64,000 nt of DNA, taken from NCBI GenBank assembly GCA_004556165.1, contig SFIR01000001.1, forward strand, positions 286 to 64,285. Direction: 5' to 3'. A model generated the notes under the pieces. That model had not been told where the DNA came from. It worked only from the letters and a program-made list of their open reading frames with translations, and did no database searches. Position numbers and translations under genes: made by a program. Origin of the DNA: Clostridiales bacterium. Its GTDB lineage: Bacteria; Bacillota; Clostridia; Christensenellales; CAG-138. Each line of letters starts with the position of its first letter. The stretch's first letter is position 1. Positions 1-9,122 of this stretch are shown here, one piece after another.

Positions 1-2067
1 GCCGATCATGTAGGTCTCGCCGACCTCGATTGTGTCAACGGGGACATAACCGGTGAGGGTGGGATCAGTGGGAGCTTCGGTGGGAGCAGCGGTGGGAACT
101 GCGGTGGGAACTGCGGTGGGGGTAGCAGTGGGAGCTGCGGTCGGTGTAGCAGTAGGAGCTGCGGTGGGGGTAGCAGTAGGAGCTGCGGTGGGGGTAGCAG
201 TAGGAGCTGCAGTGGGAGCTACAGTGGGAGCTTCGGTAGGATCGGGCTCGCTGCCGCTTACATACTGATAGAAGTTGATGACTGTACCGTTCTTGCTGGT
301 GGTGTAGCGGGAGTTGGTGCTGTCATAGGAGAGATAATAGTAACCTTCGGAGTCGGTCTGGTTATTGAGGTAACCTTCGGAAGTGATCGCCCATGCAAGA
401 GCAGTGGAGGAGGGGTACAGGTACTCGCTGGAGTCGAGACCCATGTACTTGCCGTTGCCGATGTTCAGGAAGGTCCAGCCGCTTGAGGTGCTGCCTGCTG
501 TCCAGGAGATAGCATTGACATTGACGGAGGAACCGAGGGTTAAGGTGTTGTCAGCGTTCACGGTAACAGCAACTGCATTAAGGTAATGGCTGCTGGTGAC
601 AGCGGTATTGCCGACTGCATAGCTGCTATCGGAAGCAACGATGATGTAAGTACCGCCGTTGGTGAGGGAATCAACCTTAATCCAACCGGTGAAGGGAACA
701 ACGGTGATGGTAGCGGTCTTTGAGTAAGTAGTGTTGCCGACATTGTCGGTCAGGGTAGCGGTAATGGTAGCAGTACCTTCTGCAACACCGGTTACGGTTG
801 CGGTCTTGCCGCTTCCGGAAACGGTAGCAACGGAGGAATTGCTGGTCGTCCATGCTATGCTGTAATCGGAAGCATCGGAAGGATTAACAGTGAGGGTGAG
901 AGCAGCGGTGGAACCGACGCCGACCTCAGCGGAGGTGGGGCTCATGGAGATGCCGGTAACGGCAACGGGATCGGAGCTGCCGAAGAGGGTCCAGGTGCAG
1001 TATACGGTCTGCTCTGCATCGGGATTGGAGGGGAAGGCGTCAACGTCACTCATGACGATGGGGTATGCGTCACCGCCGGAAACGGGATCGGGAACGCCGT
1101 AGGTATCCTTCATAGCCTGGAAAGCTTCAGCAACGGTAGCGCCGTTCTTCATCTCGGTCCAGAACTTTGCTTCATATTTATAGTCGCCGGTGAAGGAAAC
1201 GGACTGGGAATAACCATAAACACCGCCGCAGCCTGCTGCGAGGAGAGCGGTACCGGTGGTACCCCTACCTTCCTTCTTCATACCTTCGCAGATAGCCATC
1301 CAAACGAAGGGATTGGAGAGGGAAGAGGTGATGTGATTCTGAATGTAACGACCGTCTATCCAAGCATAACTGCCGTTCTTAACTGCCCAACCGTTGTTGT
1401 AGTCGGTGGTGGTTATGCCGGTGCTGCTGGTCAGGCAGAGGTAGGAAGAAGTACCGCTCTGTGCGCCGTGGCTGTCATAAATGATAACGCCCTTATCGGG
1501 GTATGCTGCAGCAATGGCAGGACCGGTCGCATTGCTGGCCTGGATAAGGGTGTAGCTGCCGCCGGTAGCATTGGCGATGGACTGAGCTTCATTCTTATAC
1601 TGATCGGTGAAGCTGGAGTCGGAGCCGTAGTAGGGAGCTACGAGCAGAACGTTGGCGGAGCCTGCGTTCTTTGTGCCGGGGACAACGATGGTCTTTTCCT
1701 TATCGGGGATGGGAGCAGCGGTGTTGTCAACTTCGTTGCGGATACGGTAGTTGTAGGCATTGTACATACCGTCAACGGTGAAGAAGAAACCGTCCTCCGA
1801 GAAGTCGGAGAAGCTGTCCTTATCGACATAGGCATTATTCAGTGCAGCATTATAAACAGCGCTGATAACGTCATAGCGGTTAGCGGTACCGGTCTGAAGA
1901 GCCTGAGCTTCAGCCTTTTCGAGAACGGCCCATACGTTGTCGAGCTTCTGGATACCCTTAGCTTCGGTTACGATGCCGTCAATGCCCTCAGCAAGGGACA
2001 TGACGGGGACCAACGCGAAGACAAGGATAGCGGCAAGCACGAGTGAGAAAATTTTGCGAGTTTTCAT
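1..2067 (-). CDS. Secreted clan-CD-like (gingipain/clostripain-type) cysteine peptidase with Big_2-like domain, an unassigned ~130-aa module and a Pro/Thr linker; partial, C-terminus runs off the window edge
   Basis: Absent from the supplied ORF track because there is no stop codon in the window. ATG at 2067-2065 is preceded by GGAGG (complement of 2075-2079, 7-nt spacer). The product starts MKTRKIFSLVLAAILVFALVPVMSLAEG (signal peptide). His/Cys dyad-like motifs VIIYDSHG and VWMAICEG. Ig-like segment ISMSPTSAEVGVGSTAALTLTVNPSDASDYSIAWTTSNSSVATVSGSGKTATVTGVAEGTATITA. The frame stays open to nt 1 (689 codons). Confidence 0.75.
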   Translation of the reverse strand, partial: MKTRKIFSLVLAAILVFALVPVMSLAEGIDGIVTEAKGIQKLDNVWAVLEKAEAQALQTGTANRYDVISAVYNAALNNAYVDKDSFSDFSEDGFFFTVDGMYNAYNYRIRNEVDNTAAPIPDKEKTIVVPGTKNAGSANVLLVAPYYGSDSSFTDQYKNEAQSIANATGGSYTLIQASNATGPAIAAAYPDKGVIIYDSHGAQSGTSSYLCLTSSTGITTTDYNNGWAVKNGSYAWIDGRYIQNHITSSLSNPFVWMAICEGMKKEGRGTTGTALLAAGCGGVYGYSQSVSFTGDYKYEAKFWTEMKNGATVAEAFQAMKDTYGVPDPVSGGDAYPIVMSDVDAFPSNPDAEQTVYCTWTLFGSSDPVAVTGISMSPTSAEVGVGSTAALTLTVNPSDASDYSIAWTTSNSSVATVSGSGKTATVTGVAEGTATITATLTDNVGNTTYSKTATITVVPFTGWIKVDSLTNGGTYIIVASDSSYAVGNTAVTSSHYLNAVAVTVNADNTLTLGSSVNVNAISWTAGSTSSGWTFLNIGNGKYMGLDSSEYLYPSSTALAWAITSEGYLNNQTDSEGYYYLSYDSTNSRYTTSKNGTVINFYQYVSGSEPDPTEAPTVAPTAAPTATPTAAPTATPTAAPTATPTAAPTATPTAVPTAVPTAAPTEAPTDPTLTGYVPVDTIEVGETYMIG
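91..217. repeat. Tandem 12-bp and 24-bp repeats encoding the (A/V)PTA(A/T)PT linker of the peptidase
   Basis: ggtgggaactgc occurs twice (91-114). About four 24-bp units gtagcagtaggagctgcggtgggg follow (about 122-217). On the minus strand they translate to APTATPTAAPTATPTAAPT... Confidence 0.85.
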
Positions 2068-2545
2068 TGAGTTGCCTCCTTGGATAGATATTGCTGCCGA
2101 GCGGCAGCATGGTTGATTCAATATATGAATCACCTCGTTTGGTATTTTATACCAATGTCATAAATGTGTCAACAGGTTTACGATATTATATTGTACTTAG
2201 GCAATTCTATATTGTTGATTCTCGGTATCTTCGCAATTAACCTCCGCATACCGACAAAAATGCAACGCTTATCGCTGAAGCTGTATTTTTCATGCAGCGT
2301 ATATGTAATCAGGCTGTCAGCAAGGGCGCAGCAGCGCGCCGAATTTGAAACATTGTGTATTTTTTGTGCGGCTTCTTTTAATCAATATGCTCGTGCGCAA
2401 AGAAACTTTTGCATTTATATAGTTGTAGATATATTTCGGCTCTGCGCTTTTGCCGAAAGCCTTGAGTAGGACTCCTTGTCGGATTATATCCAATATTTTT
2501 ATGATAATAATAGAAGAATAAACTTGATTGGGATGGAAAAAAAGG

Positions 2546-2574
2546 TTGACAAAACCAATTGTTAGTGATATGCT
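2546..2574 (+). promoter_or_regulatory. Sigma-A-type promoter candidate for the giant secreted protein gene
   Basis: TTGACA (2546-2551), 17-nt spacer, then TGaTATGCT (extended -10; -10 hexamer 2569-2574). This leaves a leader of about 230 nt before the start at 2812. Confidence 0.45.
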
Positions 2575-2811
2575 ATCTTAATGATGTGTGTATGATAAAA
2601 TCTCGATGTTATGTTTATATACATACAGTACATCAATTCCGTTCCCACGTATTATATGAGTATTGTGGGTGCGGCTCCAAGCGCGTGCTTTCGCGCAAAG
2701 CCCGGTTTCCGAGCGGCTGATCTCTGTAACCCCGTTGGGCTTCCGCCCCGGGTTCATATATCGGTAAAAATCAAAATTCGACTTAAATCGGTCGTTAAGG
2801 AGGACATTGAT

Positions 2812-5800
2812 TTGAAAAACTCTTTAGTAACTAAATTCCTGGCACTTCTTGTATGTGCCATCATGGTCGCCGGCATCCTGCCCGTCGCAGCGTTCGCCGA
2901 AAGCACAAGGGGCGGAGTCTCCGTTGATGCCGATGCTCCCACACCGCCAAGTTCCGATGCCGATTGGATAAGCATCACGGGCGATGGAGACCCGGTTTAT
3001 GGATTTAAACTGGTAGATAGTTTGACCAGCGGCAATTATTATATGATCTTAAGCTCAAATACGGGCGGCAGTGATTCCGCTCATTGTTTGGCCGTATCTT
3101 TAGATGAGCCGGTCCTTGGTGCGGCTTCCTTTGGCGTACTTACCGACAGCGAGGGGACTTGGTGTGCAGAAGATGGCAGCCTTTTATCCACATTTTATAC
3201 GAATTGCTGTTGGCATTATGACGGAACCAAACTTACTCCATATCAATACAACAGCAGTTTGAATTCGAATTATACAGGCTCGAATTATTATCTGTATTAT
3301 TCCAGCGGATTGACGCTCAGCACGAGCTATGATACGTTTAGATACAGCAGCAGCTACGGTCCGTATTTGTCGTGGACGTCTTGGGGAACGACTTATTATT
3401 GTTATATAAATTACTCATCATCCCAAAGCTTTTACGGATCGGACAAGTATAACAATCGCACCTACATTTATGAGTATTCGCTTCATAATTATAAAGATAG
3501 CTACGCTGCCCTCTCCGGCAAGACTGATTTTGTAGTCAGGAATAATGCGTACAGCACAACTGATGATATCCTTGCCATGGTTAGGGATAATATCTATGTA
3601 TGGTATTCGGAAACCAGCGATCATTCCGATGCTGTACTGACCGAAGATTACACCTTTGCAGCGGCAGGGGATTCATTGCCGCAGCCGGGAACCGACGGTA
3701 CCTATCCCGTTAGTGTCCAGTATAACGGTGTGACTATCGGCACTATCAATGTCTATGTCACTTCGGCACAGCCCGATTTAGTGACGGTAAGTCCCTCCGG
3801 CCGTGTGAAGCTCGGCGCCTCCGTCAGCGCTCTTGTCGGCTCCACCATGACCATGACCTATTCTGCAAGCAGTATCAGTGGTCTCAGCGAAACCGTTACA
3901 GAGACTGTCCCCGTGACCTTTGGTATGGTCAGCCGCACCGATGGCTTTGATGAGGTTGGCATTTATACCGATTGTACCGTCACCTATGCAGGGATTACCT
4001 ATAACCCCTATATTCTTGAGGTCTATTCCGTCGAATATCCCGTATACCCCAATCCCGGCTCCGTTTCCGTCAATAAGACCGGCACCGGTATCGATTGGTA
4101 TCAGACCGGTCTCGCAAATGTCGAGCTTTCCGCAATGGGTATTCCGGAGAATCGGGGCGTCGATATCATCGTTATGATCGACACTTCCTCCTCTATGGAC
4201 AACGACCGTTTGACCGCTGTCAGGCAGTCCCTTGTTAACCTCGTTAAATACCTCAATACTCCGAATGCCGACGGCACTGCGCGCGATGTCAGAATGGCTA
4301 TCGGAGATTTCAGCGACCATTCGACAAGCGGTATCTTTGCGTATACCTTGGCTGACCGTTTCGGCAAGGATTTGCCGATAACTTATACTTCTTCCGGCTC
4401 TACAGGATTTACTTTCAGCGATTACTCACAGGGCAAGATCTATACCGGTCCCAATGCGTGTTCGGACGGCACTCTGACGAGTTCTTCGTATTCAGCCGAA
4501 TACAGGGGCTATTATACAGCCGATGCCTTCGTTGATGTAAGTACTCTCGCACGCAGGGATTTCAGCGAGATAGCGCCTCCAGATCTTACCAGCGGCGCAG
4601 GCACCAATTATGATGCCGGTCTCGGCGCTGCATACATGCTTGGCAATGCTATCAGAATGGCAAATGAAGCATCCGATGATGAAGCTATGAAGGATAGGGA
4701 GCTTGTTGTTATCTTTATGTCCGATGGTTCGCCTTATCAGTATAATTTCTTCACAAAGTCATACTTGCCTTCATCTTCCGGCTCCTGGGACGGAACCACT
4801 TACAACTGGACAAGAGCAAGCCAGGATTGGCGAAATTATATCGGTGGAGAATCGAATAACAACGGAACGGTGGCAAATAATCCGGGCAGTAACGGACTTT
4901 ATAGTAGCAGTTACAACTGGTATGCGGAGGCTATCAAAGGCAGCCGCAGCGGTTTGTACTCAGTTATAGATAAAAGCAGCAGCAAGGTACTTGCAAGCGC
5001 AGCAGGTACGACTGAGCACATTGTCGGAGACGATTATTTTTATAATGTTCACGGTCTCGATGCAAAGCTGTATACCATAGGGTTCTGCCTTGCTAACGAT
5101 ACAAACAACGGTATGACCGTCGCTAACCAGACCTATTGCCTTAGGAACCTGCTGGCAACCGGCGATAATTACTATTACTCTGCTAACTCCGCTTCTGATC
5201 TTACCGATGCGTTCCTCGATATCTCCGGCAAGATTCTCGTTGCCGGCAAATATGCCTATTATGAGGATACAATGGGTGATGCTTATGAGCTTCAGCTTGC
5301 GGATAAGACCTATGGAGATACAACTTACAGTCAGGCGATAGAAGTAAGGCGTTACGTTACCGTAAAGCTTTCCGATGTAGGCAGAACTATGACCATTGAC
5401 GAAGAGTCTGTCACCATTACGGCAAACGATGTCGGCAGGCGCACCGGAGAGGTTGAGGTTATTGAACGAGTTACCTTCAATGCTGATGGGACTGAAGCCT
5501 ATTCTTCACTCCTCGGAGACACTACTAATATATTAGGCAGTGACGGTATTATCAGGGCAAAATATTTCTATTATAATACTAACTCGACTGAGAAAACCAT
5601 CACTGTTCCCATGCTTGAACCCGGCGCTGAGGCAATAACCGACCAGACGGATTACGACAACCCCTATGTTATGAAGGCGTATTCCTTCTCTACAGATCCG
5701 ACCTCAAGTGAAGGATGGACTATTGGAGGCACGGCAACTTCTTCCAGCTATGGTAGGTGGAACTATTCAAGTTCCGGCGGATACATGCAGTCTGCTGCGA

Positions 5801-8745
5801 ATACCAGCTATAATTCTTGGCTTGTTTCTCCCGAGTTTAATGTACCTGAAGCGGGCGGTCGCTTGAGACTTACCCTTGTTAACCATAAAAGCCCAACAGG
5901 AGGCAGCACCGGTTCCGAAATAACGGATTATGCCCACCTGTATGTCCGTGAAGTCGGAACCAATACTTGGGTAAAAGTCAGGACCTGTAATCTGACTCTA
6001 AACTTCACATGGTCTTACTTTAGCTTCTACATGAAGGGCACCGATGTTGACGGGAATCCTTACAACTTCAATGGAAAGACCGTTCAGATTTGTATTGAAC
6101 GCGGCACCGACAGCACTTATGGCCTTCGCGCCGACGATGTTTTCTTCTATGGTTATAACTTTGCGACCGTAACTACCGGTGCAACTATGGATTATACCAT
6201 TAAGCCCTATACATTCTATTGGCAGATCGGGGATATTACCGAGGATGAGATTGCTCTGAGCTATAACGTATATCTCAAGAATTCAATTCTTCCCAATGAC
6301 CAAACAGGTGTTGAGGAGGGCATTTATCCCACCAATGAAAGCGCCGTTCTTTACTACAAGAATTGCTATGACGATAACTGCAAGCAGTCGGTTCCCTCTC
6401 CCGAGCTTCCTTGGGGTCAGGCAAGGGTCAGCTATGCGTTCTATTATGTAGATTCTTCAGGTAATCCCATCGTAAACCTCATCACCGGTGCAACGGGTAA
6501 CTTCACAAACAGGATCGCTGCTCTTGATCCCGTGCAGTATGCAAAATTCAGATTCCTTACCGGAACATCGATCAGTGCGGCTGCTTTAGCAGAAAGCCTC
6601 GGTTTGGAGCTTTACGATCAGGTCGCCGCATATGCGGTCACCGCAGGCACTAAGGGTACCGATGGAACATGGACTATAACAAAGGGTGTCGATAAAGCGG
6701 CGACAACCTATGTAACCGGTTACAGCGGCTCCGATTATACCACTACGGATAGTACTTCGACTGACGGCAGGGACTGCAGCAATACCACCGTATGGTTTGC
6801 AGTTGTGTACAAGGTCGGTGCAGTCAGCGATGCAGTCGTTCTCGATTACGGTCTGCCTGTGAATATCAATGTATTGGATAATGACCTTCTGTCCATGGTT
6901 GCGGAAAAAGAGATTGTCGGTATTGGATGTATCGACTTTGCTACAGAAAATATTCCCGAAGGTTCGACTCCAACCTTAGATGGAAGATTCACACTGAATG
7001 TACTGCAGGATGGAACATCTGGTAAGGTGGGTAACTTCGGCACAGCGAAGGTAGCTGATGCCGCCAAGGGTTTCATAACCTATACATTGGATAATAGTAA
7101 ATCAATGAACTTCAATGCTCCCGAGACTCTGGCCTATGCGGTGCAGTGTAAGGGCTTTGACGAAGCAGGAAATGAGGAGTACACCTATTATTACGCAAGG
7201 CTCACCATCATCCCGGCGACGATTGTGTATTATGAAGATAACTTCATTACATTCACTCCCGGCGAGTCTACTACCGTTGTGGGCGAGAATGCGACTACCA
7301 CTCCTATTACATGGGCATGCGTTGGTAAACCTGTGGATGATCCGTATCAGTCCCAGGACCGTCCCGGCGCTTCTGGTAACCCGTTCTTAGATGCAGATAA
7401 TGCCTATGGTTACGATCCTGCATATGCTGATTGCTCACAGTACAGCATGGGTGATAGCTACTGCGTAACGGTTGATGGGAATACCACTGAGAATCCCAAA
7501 GCATCCTTCACCTTCTGGGGCACCGGCTTTGATATTATTTCAAAGACCAGCTCCGATAGCGGCATTATGATCGTTGAGATTAAAAAAGCCGAGACCAATG
7601 AGCCTGTCGACTGTTTGATTGTCGATACCTATTACGGCTATACCTACAATGCTGATCATACCTGGTCGCCCAACCCAACAGGTGCGGCAGTTTGGCAGGT
7701 TCCTGTAATTAAGAGGACTGGGCTTGACTATGGTCACTACAGGGTAAATATTATTCCTGTCTATAATGAAGTTCTCGACCACAATCCTGATCCGGAAAAT
7801 CCGGGTTATACCGTCTATATCGATGCTGTCCGCATCTATGACCCGGTTGATGTTTCTGCCGGCACTACTGACGCAAACAGGGTTGCAAATGCATATGCTC
7901 TTGATGGAGAGGCAAACCCCGATTATCAGACTGTAAGGCACTTCGTGTTCAACCAGATGTCATCCGCTCTTGGGATCGAGGGCTTTGTCGGTGGCGTCTT
8001 TATCGATGGTGCAGGAGAGGTTAGTTACAACGGCAATTTCGAGTATACTAACCCGAGCCCAAATAACGAGATCTATCTCGCTCCCGGTCAGGCTGTCTAC
8101 TTCAAGCTCCGCGCTAATGTTGACCCGACCAATCAGCGCGTAATGATCGGAGTTAAGCTCGCGTTCGGCTCGAGTGCATCCTTGACCCTCACCCAGCTCA
8201 ATTCGGAAGGTAGAGAAATATCAACCGATTCCATTGCAACTGTAAAAACTGCGACTGATATGTACTATTCACTCGGCAATATTACATGGAATCCGAAGCC
8301 AGTCGGTGAACCCACGTATTATGAAACCAACGGTCTGGTTCTTGCGAATACAGGCAGCACCGGCAATGTCATCTCGCTTACGAACCTCAAGATATCCTCT
8401 TATGATACGAGTGTTGTCATCAACTTCGCAGATAATATTACTGCGGCTTCCGATGTGAACGAGCTGCTTGCAGACGATTCTGCTCTTATCGTTCCTTGCT
8501 GCGATTATGAAGAGGCTATTGCTGCTGCCGAGTACATGAACTATAACTATGGCAGCTACACTCTCGGTGATGTAAACGGCGATGGCGAGATCGACATGCT
8601 TGATACGCTGATAACCCTTCGCCATACTATTGGTCTTGCCGAACTCTGGGGTGCAAAGCTCAAGGCTGCCGATATGGATGGCAACGGTGTTATCGATGCA
8701 ATTGATGTAATGCATATAATGCGTTACGTTATGGAGAATAAGTGA
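2812..8745 (+). CDS. Giant (~1977 aa) secreted dockerin-containing protein with vWA/MIDAS domain and MAM/choice-of-anchor-J-like domain
   Basis: Long ORF 2611-8745. I place the start at in-frame TTG 2812 because AAGGAGG (2797-2803) lies 8 nt upstream. The product then begins MKNSLVTKFLALLVCAIMVAGILPVAAFAE (signal peptide). vWA MIDAS-like DIIVMIDTSSSMD (nt ~4161-4200). EGWTIGG...YNSWLVSPEF segment (nt ~5710-6170). C-terminal type-I dockerin with duplicated F-hand GDVNGDGEIDMLD / ADMDGNGVIDAID (nt ~8566-8700). Confidence 0.85.
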   Translation: MKNSLVTKFLALLVCAIMVAGILPVAAFAESTRGGVSVDADAPTPPSSDADWISITGDGDPVYGFKLVDSLTSGNYYMILSSNTGGSDSAHCLAVSLDEPVLGAASFGVLTDSEGTWCAEDGSLLSTFYTNCCWHYDGTKLTPYQYNSSLNSNYTGSNYYLYYSSGLTLSTSYDTFRYSSSYGPYLSWTSWGTTYYCYINYSSSQSFYGSDKYNNRTYIYEYSLHNYKDSYAALSGKTDFVVRNNAYSTTDDILAMVRDNIYVWYSETSDHSDAVLTEDYTFAAAGDSLPQPGTDGTYPVSVQYNGVTIGTINVYVTSAQPDLVTVSPSGRVKLGASVSALVGSTMTMTYSASSISGLSETVTETVPVTFGMVSRTDGFDEVGIYTDCTVTYAGITYNPYILEVYSVEYPVYPNPGSVSVNKTGTGIDWYQTGLANVELSAMGIPENRGVDIIVMIDTSSSMDNDRLTAVRQSLVNLVKYLNTPNADGTARDVRMAIGDFSDHSTSGIFAYTLADRFGKDLPITYTSSGSTGFTFSDYSQGKIYTGPNACSDGTLTSSSYSAEYRGYYTADAFVDVSTLARRDFSEIAPPDLTSGAGTNYDAGLGAAYMLGNAIRMANEASDDEAMKDRELVVIFMSDGSPYQYNFFTKSYLPSSSGSWDGTTYNWTRASQDWRNYIGGESNNNGTVANNPGSNGLYSSSYNWYAEAIKGSRSGLYSVIDKSSSKVLASAAGTTEHIVGDDYFYNVHGLDAKLYTIGFCLANDTNNGMTVANQTYCLRNLLATGDNYYYSANSASDLTDAFLDISGKILVAGKYAYYEDTMGDAYELQLADKTYGDTTYSQAIEVRRYVTVKLSDVGRTMTIDEESVTITANDVGRRTGEVEVIERVTFNADGTEAYSSLLGDTTNILGSDGIIRAKYFYYNTNSTEKTITVPMLEPGAEAITDQTDYDNPYVMKAYSFSTDPTSSEGWTIGGTATSSSYGRWNYSSSGGYMQSAANTSYNSWLVSPEFNVPEAGGRLRLTLVNHKSPTGGSTGSEITDYAHLYVREVGTNTWVKVRTCNLTLNFTWSYFSFYMKGTDVDGNPYNFNGKTVQICIERGTDSTYGLRADDVFFYGYNFATVTTGATMDYTIKPYTFYWQIGDITEDEIALSYNVYLKNSILPNDQTGVEEGIYPTNESAVLYYKNCYDDNCKQSVPSPELPWGQARVSYAFYYVDSSGNPIVNLITGATGNFTNRIAALDPVQYAKFRFLTGTSISAAALAESLGLELYDQVAAYAVTAGTKGTDGTWTITKGVDKAATTYVTGYSGSDYTTTDSTSTDGRDCSNTTVWFAVVYKVGAVSDAVVLDYGLPVNINVLDNDLLSMVAEKEIVGIGCIDFATENIPEGSTPTLDGRFTLNVLQDGTSGKVGNFGTAKVADAAKGFITYTLDNSKSMNFNAPETLAYAVQCKGFDEAGNEEYTYYYARLTIIPATIVYYEDNFITFTPGESTTVVGENATTTPITWACVGKPVDDPYQSQDRPGASGNPFLDADNAYGYDPAYADCSQYSMGDSYCVTVDGNTTENPKASFTFWGTGFDIISKTSSDSGIMIVEIKKAETNEPVDCLIVDTYYGYTYNADHTWSPNPTGAAVWQVPVIKRTGLDYGHYRVNIIPVYNEVLDHNPDPENPGYTVYIDAVRIYDPVDVSAGTTDANRVANAYALDGEANPDYQTVRHFVFNQMSSALGIEGFVGGVFIDGAGEVSYNGNFEYTNPSPNNEIYLAPGQAVYFKLRANVDPTNQRVMIGVKLAFGSSASLTLTQLNSEGREISTDSIATVKTATDMYYSLGNITWNPKPVGEPTYYETNGLVLANTGSTGNVISLTNLKISSYDTSVVINFADNITAASDVNELLADDSALIVPCCDYEEAIAAAEYMNYNYGSYTLGDVNGDGEIDMLDTLITLRHTIGLAELWGAKLKAADMDGNGVIDAIDVMHIMRYVMENK

Positions 8746-8767
8746 GCAGTTTCAAGCTCAGCTATGT

Positions 8768-8787
8768 GGGGCGAGCATCCTCGCCCC
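8768..8787 (+). other. Perfect 8-bp GC-rich stem-loop (ggggcgag-catc-ctcgcccc) without a U-tract, between the giant gene and the small peptide gene
   Basis: Read directly from the sequence. The downstream sequence gacaagaatcttt is not a canonical T-run. Confidence 0.6.
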
Positions 8788-8817
8788 GACAAGAATCTTT
8801 AATTTGGAGGTAAACAA

Positions 8818-9069
8818 ATGAAAAGTTATACCAAGCCTGAAATTGCTTTCGTGAACTTCGGAAATAGAAATGATATCGGTACTGCCGGCTCATGCAAGAT
8901 CAACGGAACATGGGGAAGCGCAAAAAGCTGCAACTATGAAGTGTTCCCGGGATATAATCTCTTCCTTGAAATTTCGACAGCGAAATGCAATGTTAGACCG
9001 CAGGATGGCGAATTCGGCAAATTCTGCTATGATGTTCCTCTCGCCGATTCTCGCATTTTCCATTCCTGA
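8818..9069 (+). CDS. 83-aa Cys-containing peptide, candidate RiPP precursor
   Basis: GGAGG lies 7 nt upstream of the ATG. No signal peptide. Cys at residues 26, 38, 57 and 70. The peptide ends ...ADSRIFHS. It sits immediately upstream of the rSAM/SPASM-PqqD operon. Confidence 0.6.
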   Translation: MKSYTKPEIAFVNFGNRNDIGTAGSCKINGTWGSAKSCNYEVFPGYNLFLEISTAKCNVRPQDGEFGKFCYDVPLADSRIFHS

Positions 9070-9086
9070 TTTATACTGAACTGCTT

Positions 9087-9112
9087 TTACCCCGCCGTAA
9101 CAAGCGGGGTAA
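9087..9112 (+). other. Perfect 9-bp stem-loop (ttaccccgc-cgtaacaa-gcggggtaa) after the peptide gene, with weak or no U-tract
   Basis: Read directly. It lies 18 nt after the stop codon and 11 nt before the next ATG. It could be a partial terminator or an mRNA stabiliser. Confidence 0.55.
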
Positions 9113-9122
9113 ATTCCGTATT

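Noticed and set aside
62-240. Possible CRISPR-like or minisatellite array
   Set aside because: The repeats are contiguous with no spacers and lie in frame within a coding Pro/Thr linker. This is not a CRISPR array.
1333-2046. 237-aa plus-strand ORF from the track
   Set aside because: It is antisense to the much better supported minus-strand peptidase gene (signal peptide, RBS, domains). Its translation is low-complexity G/A/V-rich shadow sequence.
2611-2811. N-terminal 67 codons of the 2044-aa ORF (ATG 2611 start)
   Set aside because: There is no RBS at 2611, and the translated stretch is not signal-peptide-like. A strong AAGGAGG precedes the in-frame TTG 2812, which yields a canonical signal peptide. 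I treated 2575-2811 as leader RNA.
8870-9079. 69-aa alternative-frame ORF overlapping the candidate precursor gene
   Set aside because: It has no RBS, an Arg/Ser-rich nonsense-like sequence, and overlaps the RBS-supported 83-aa ORF.
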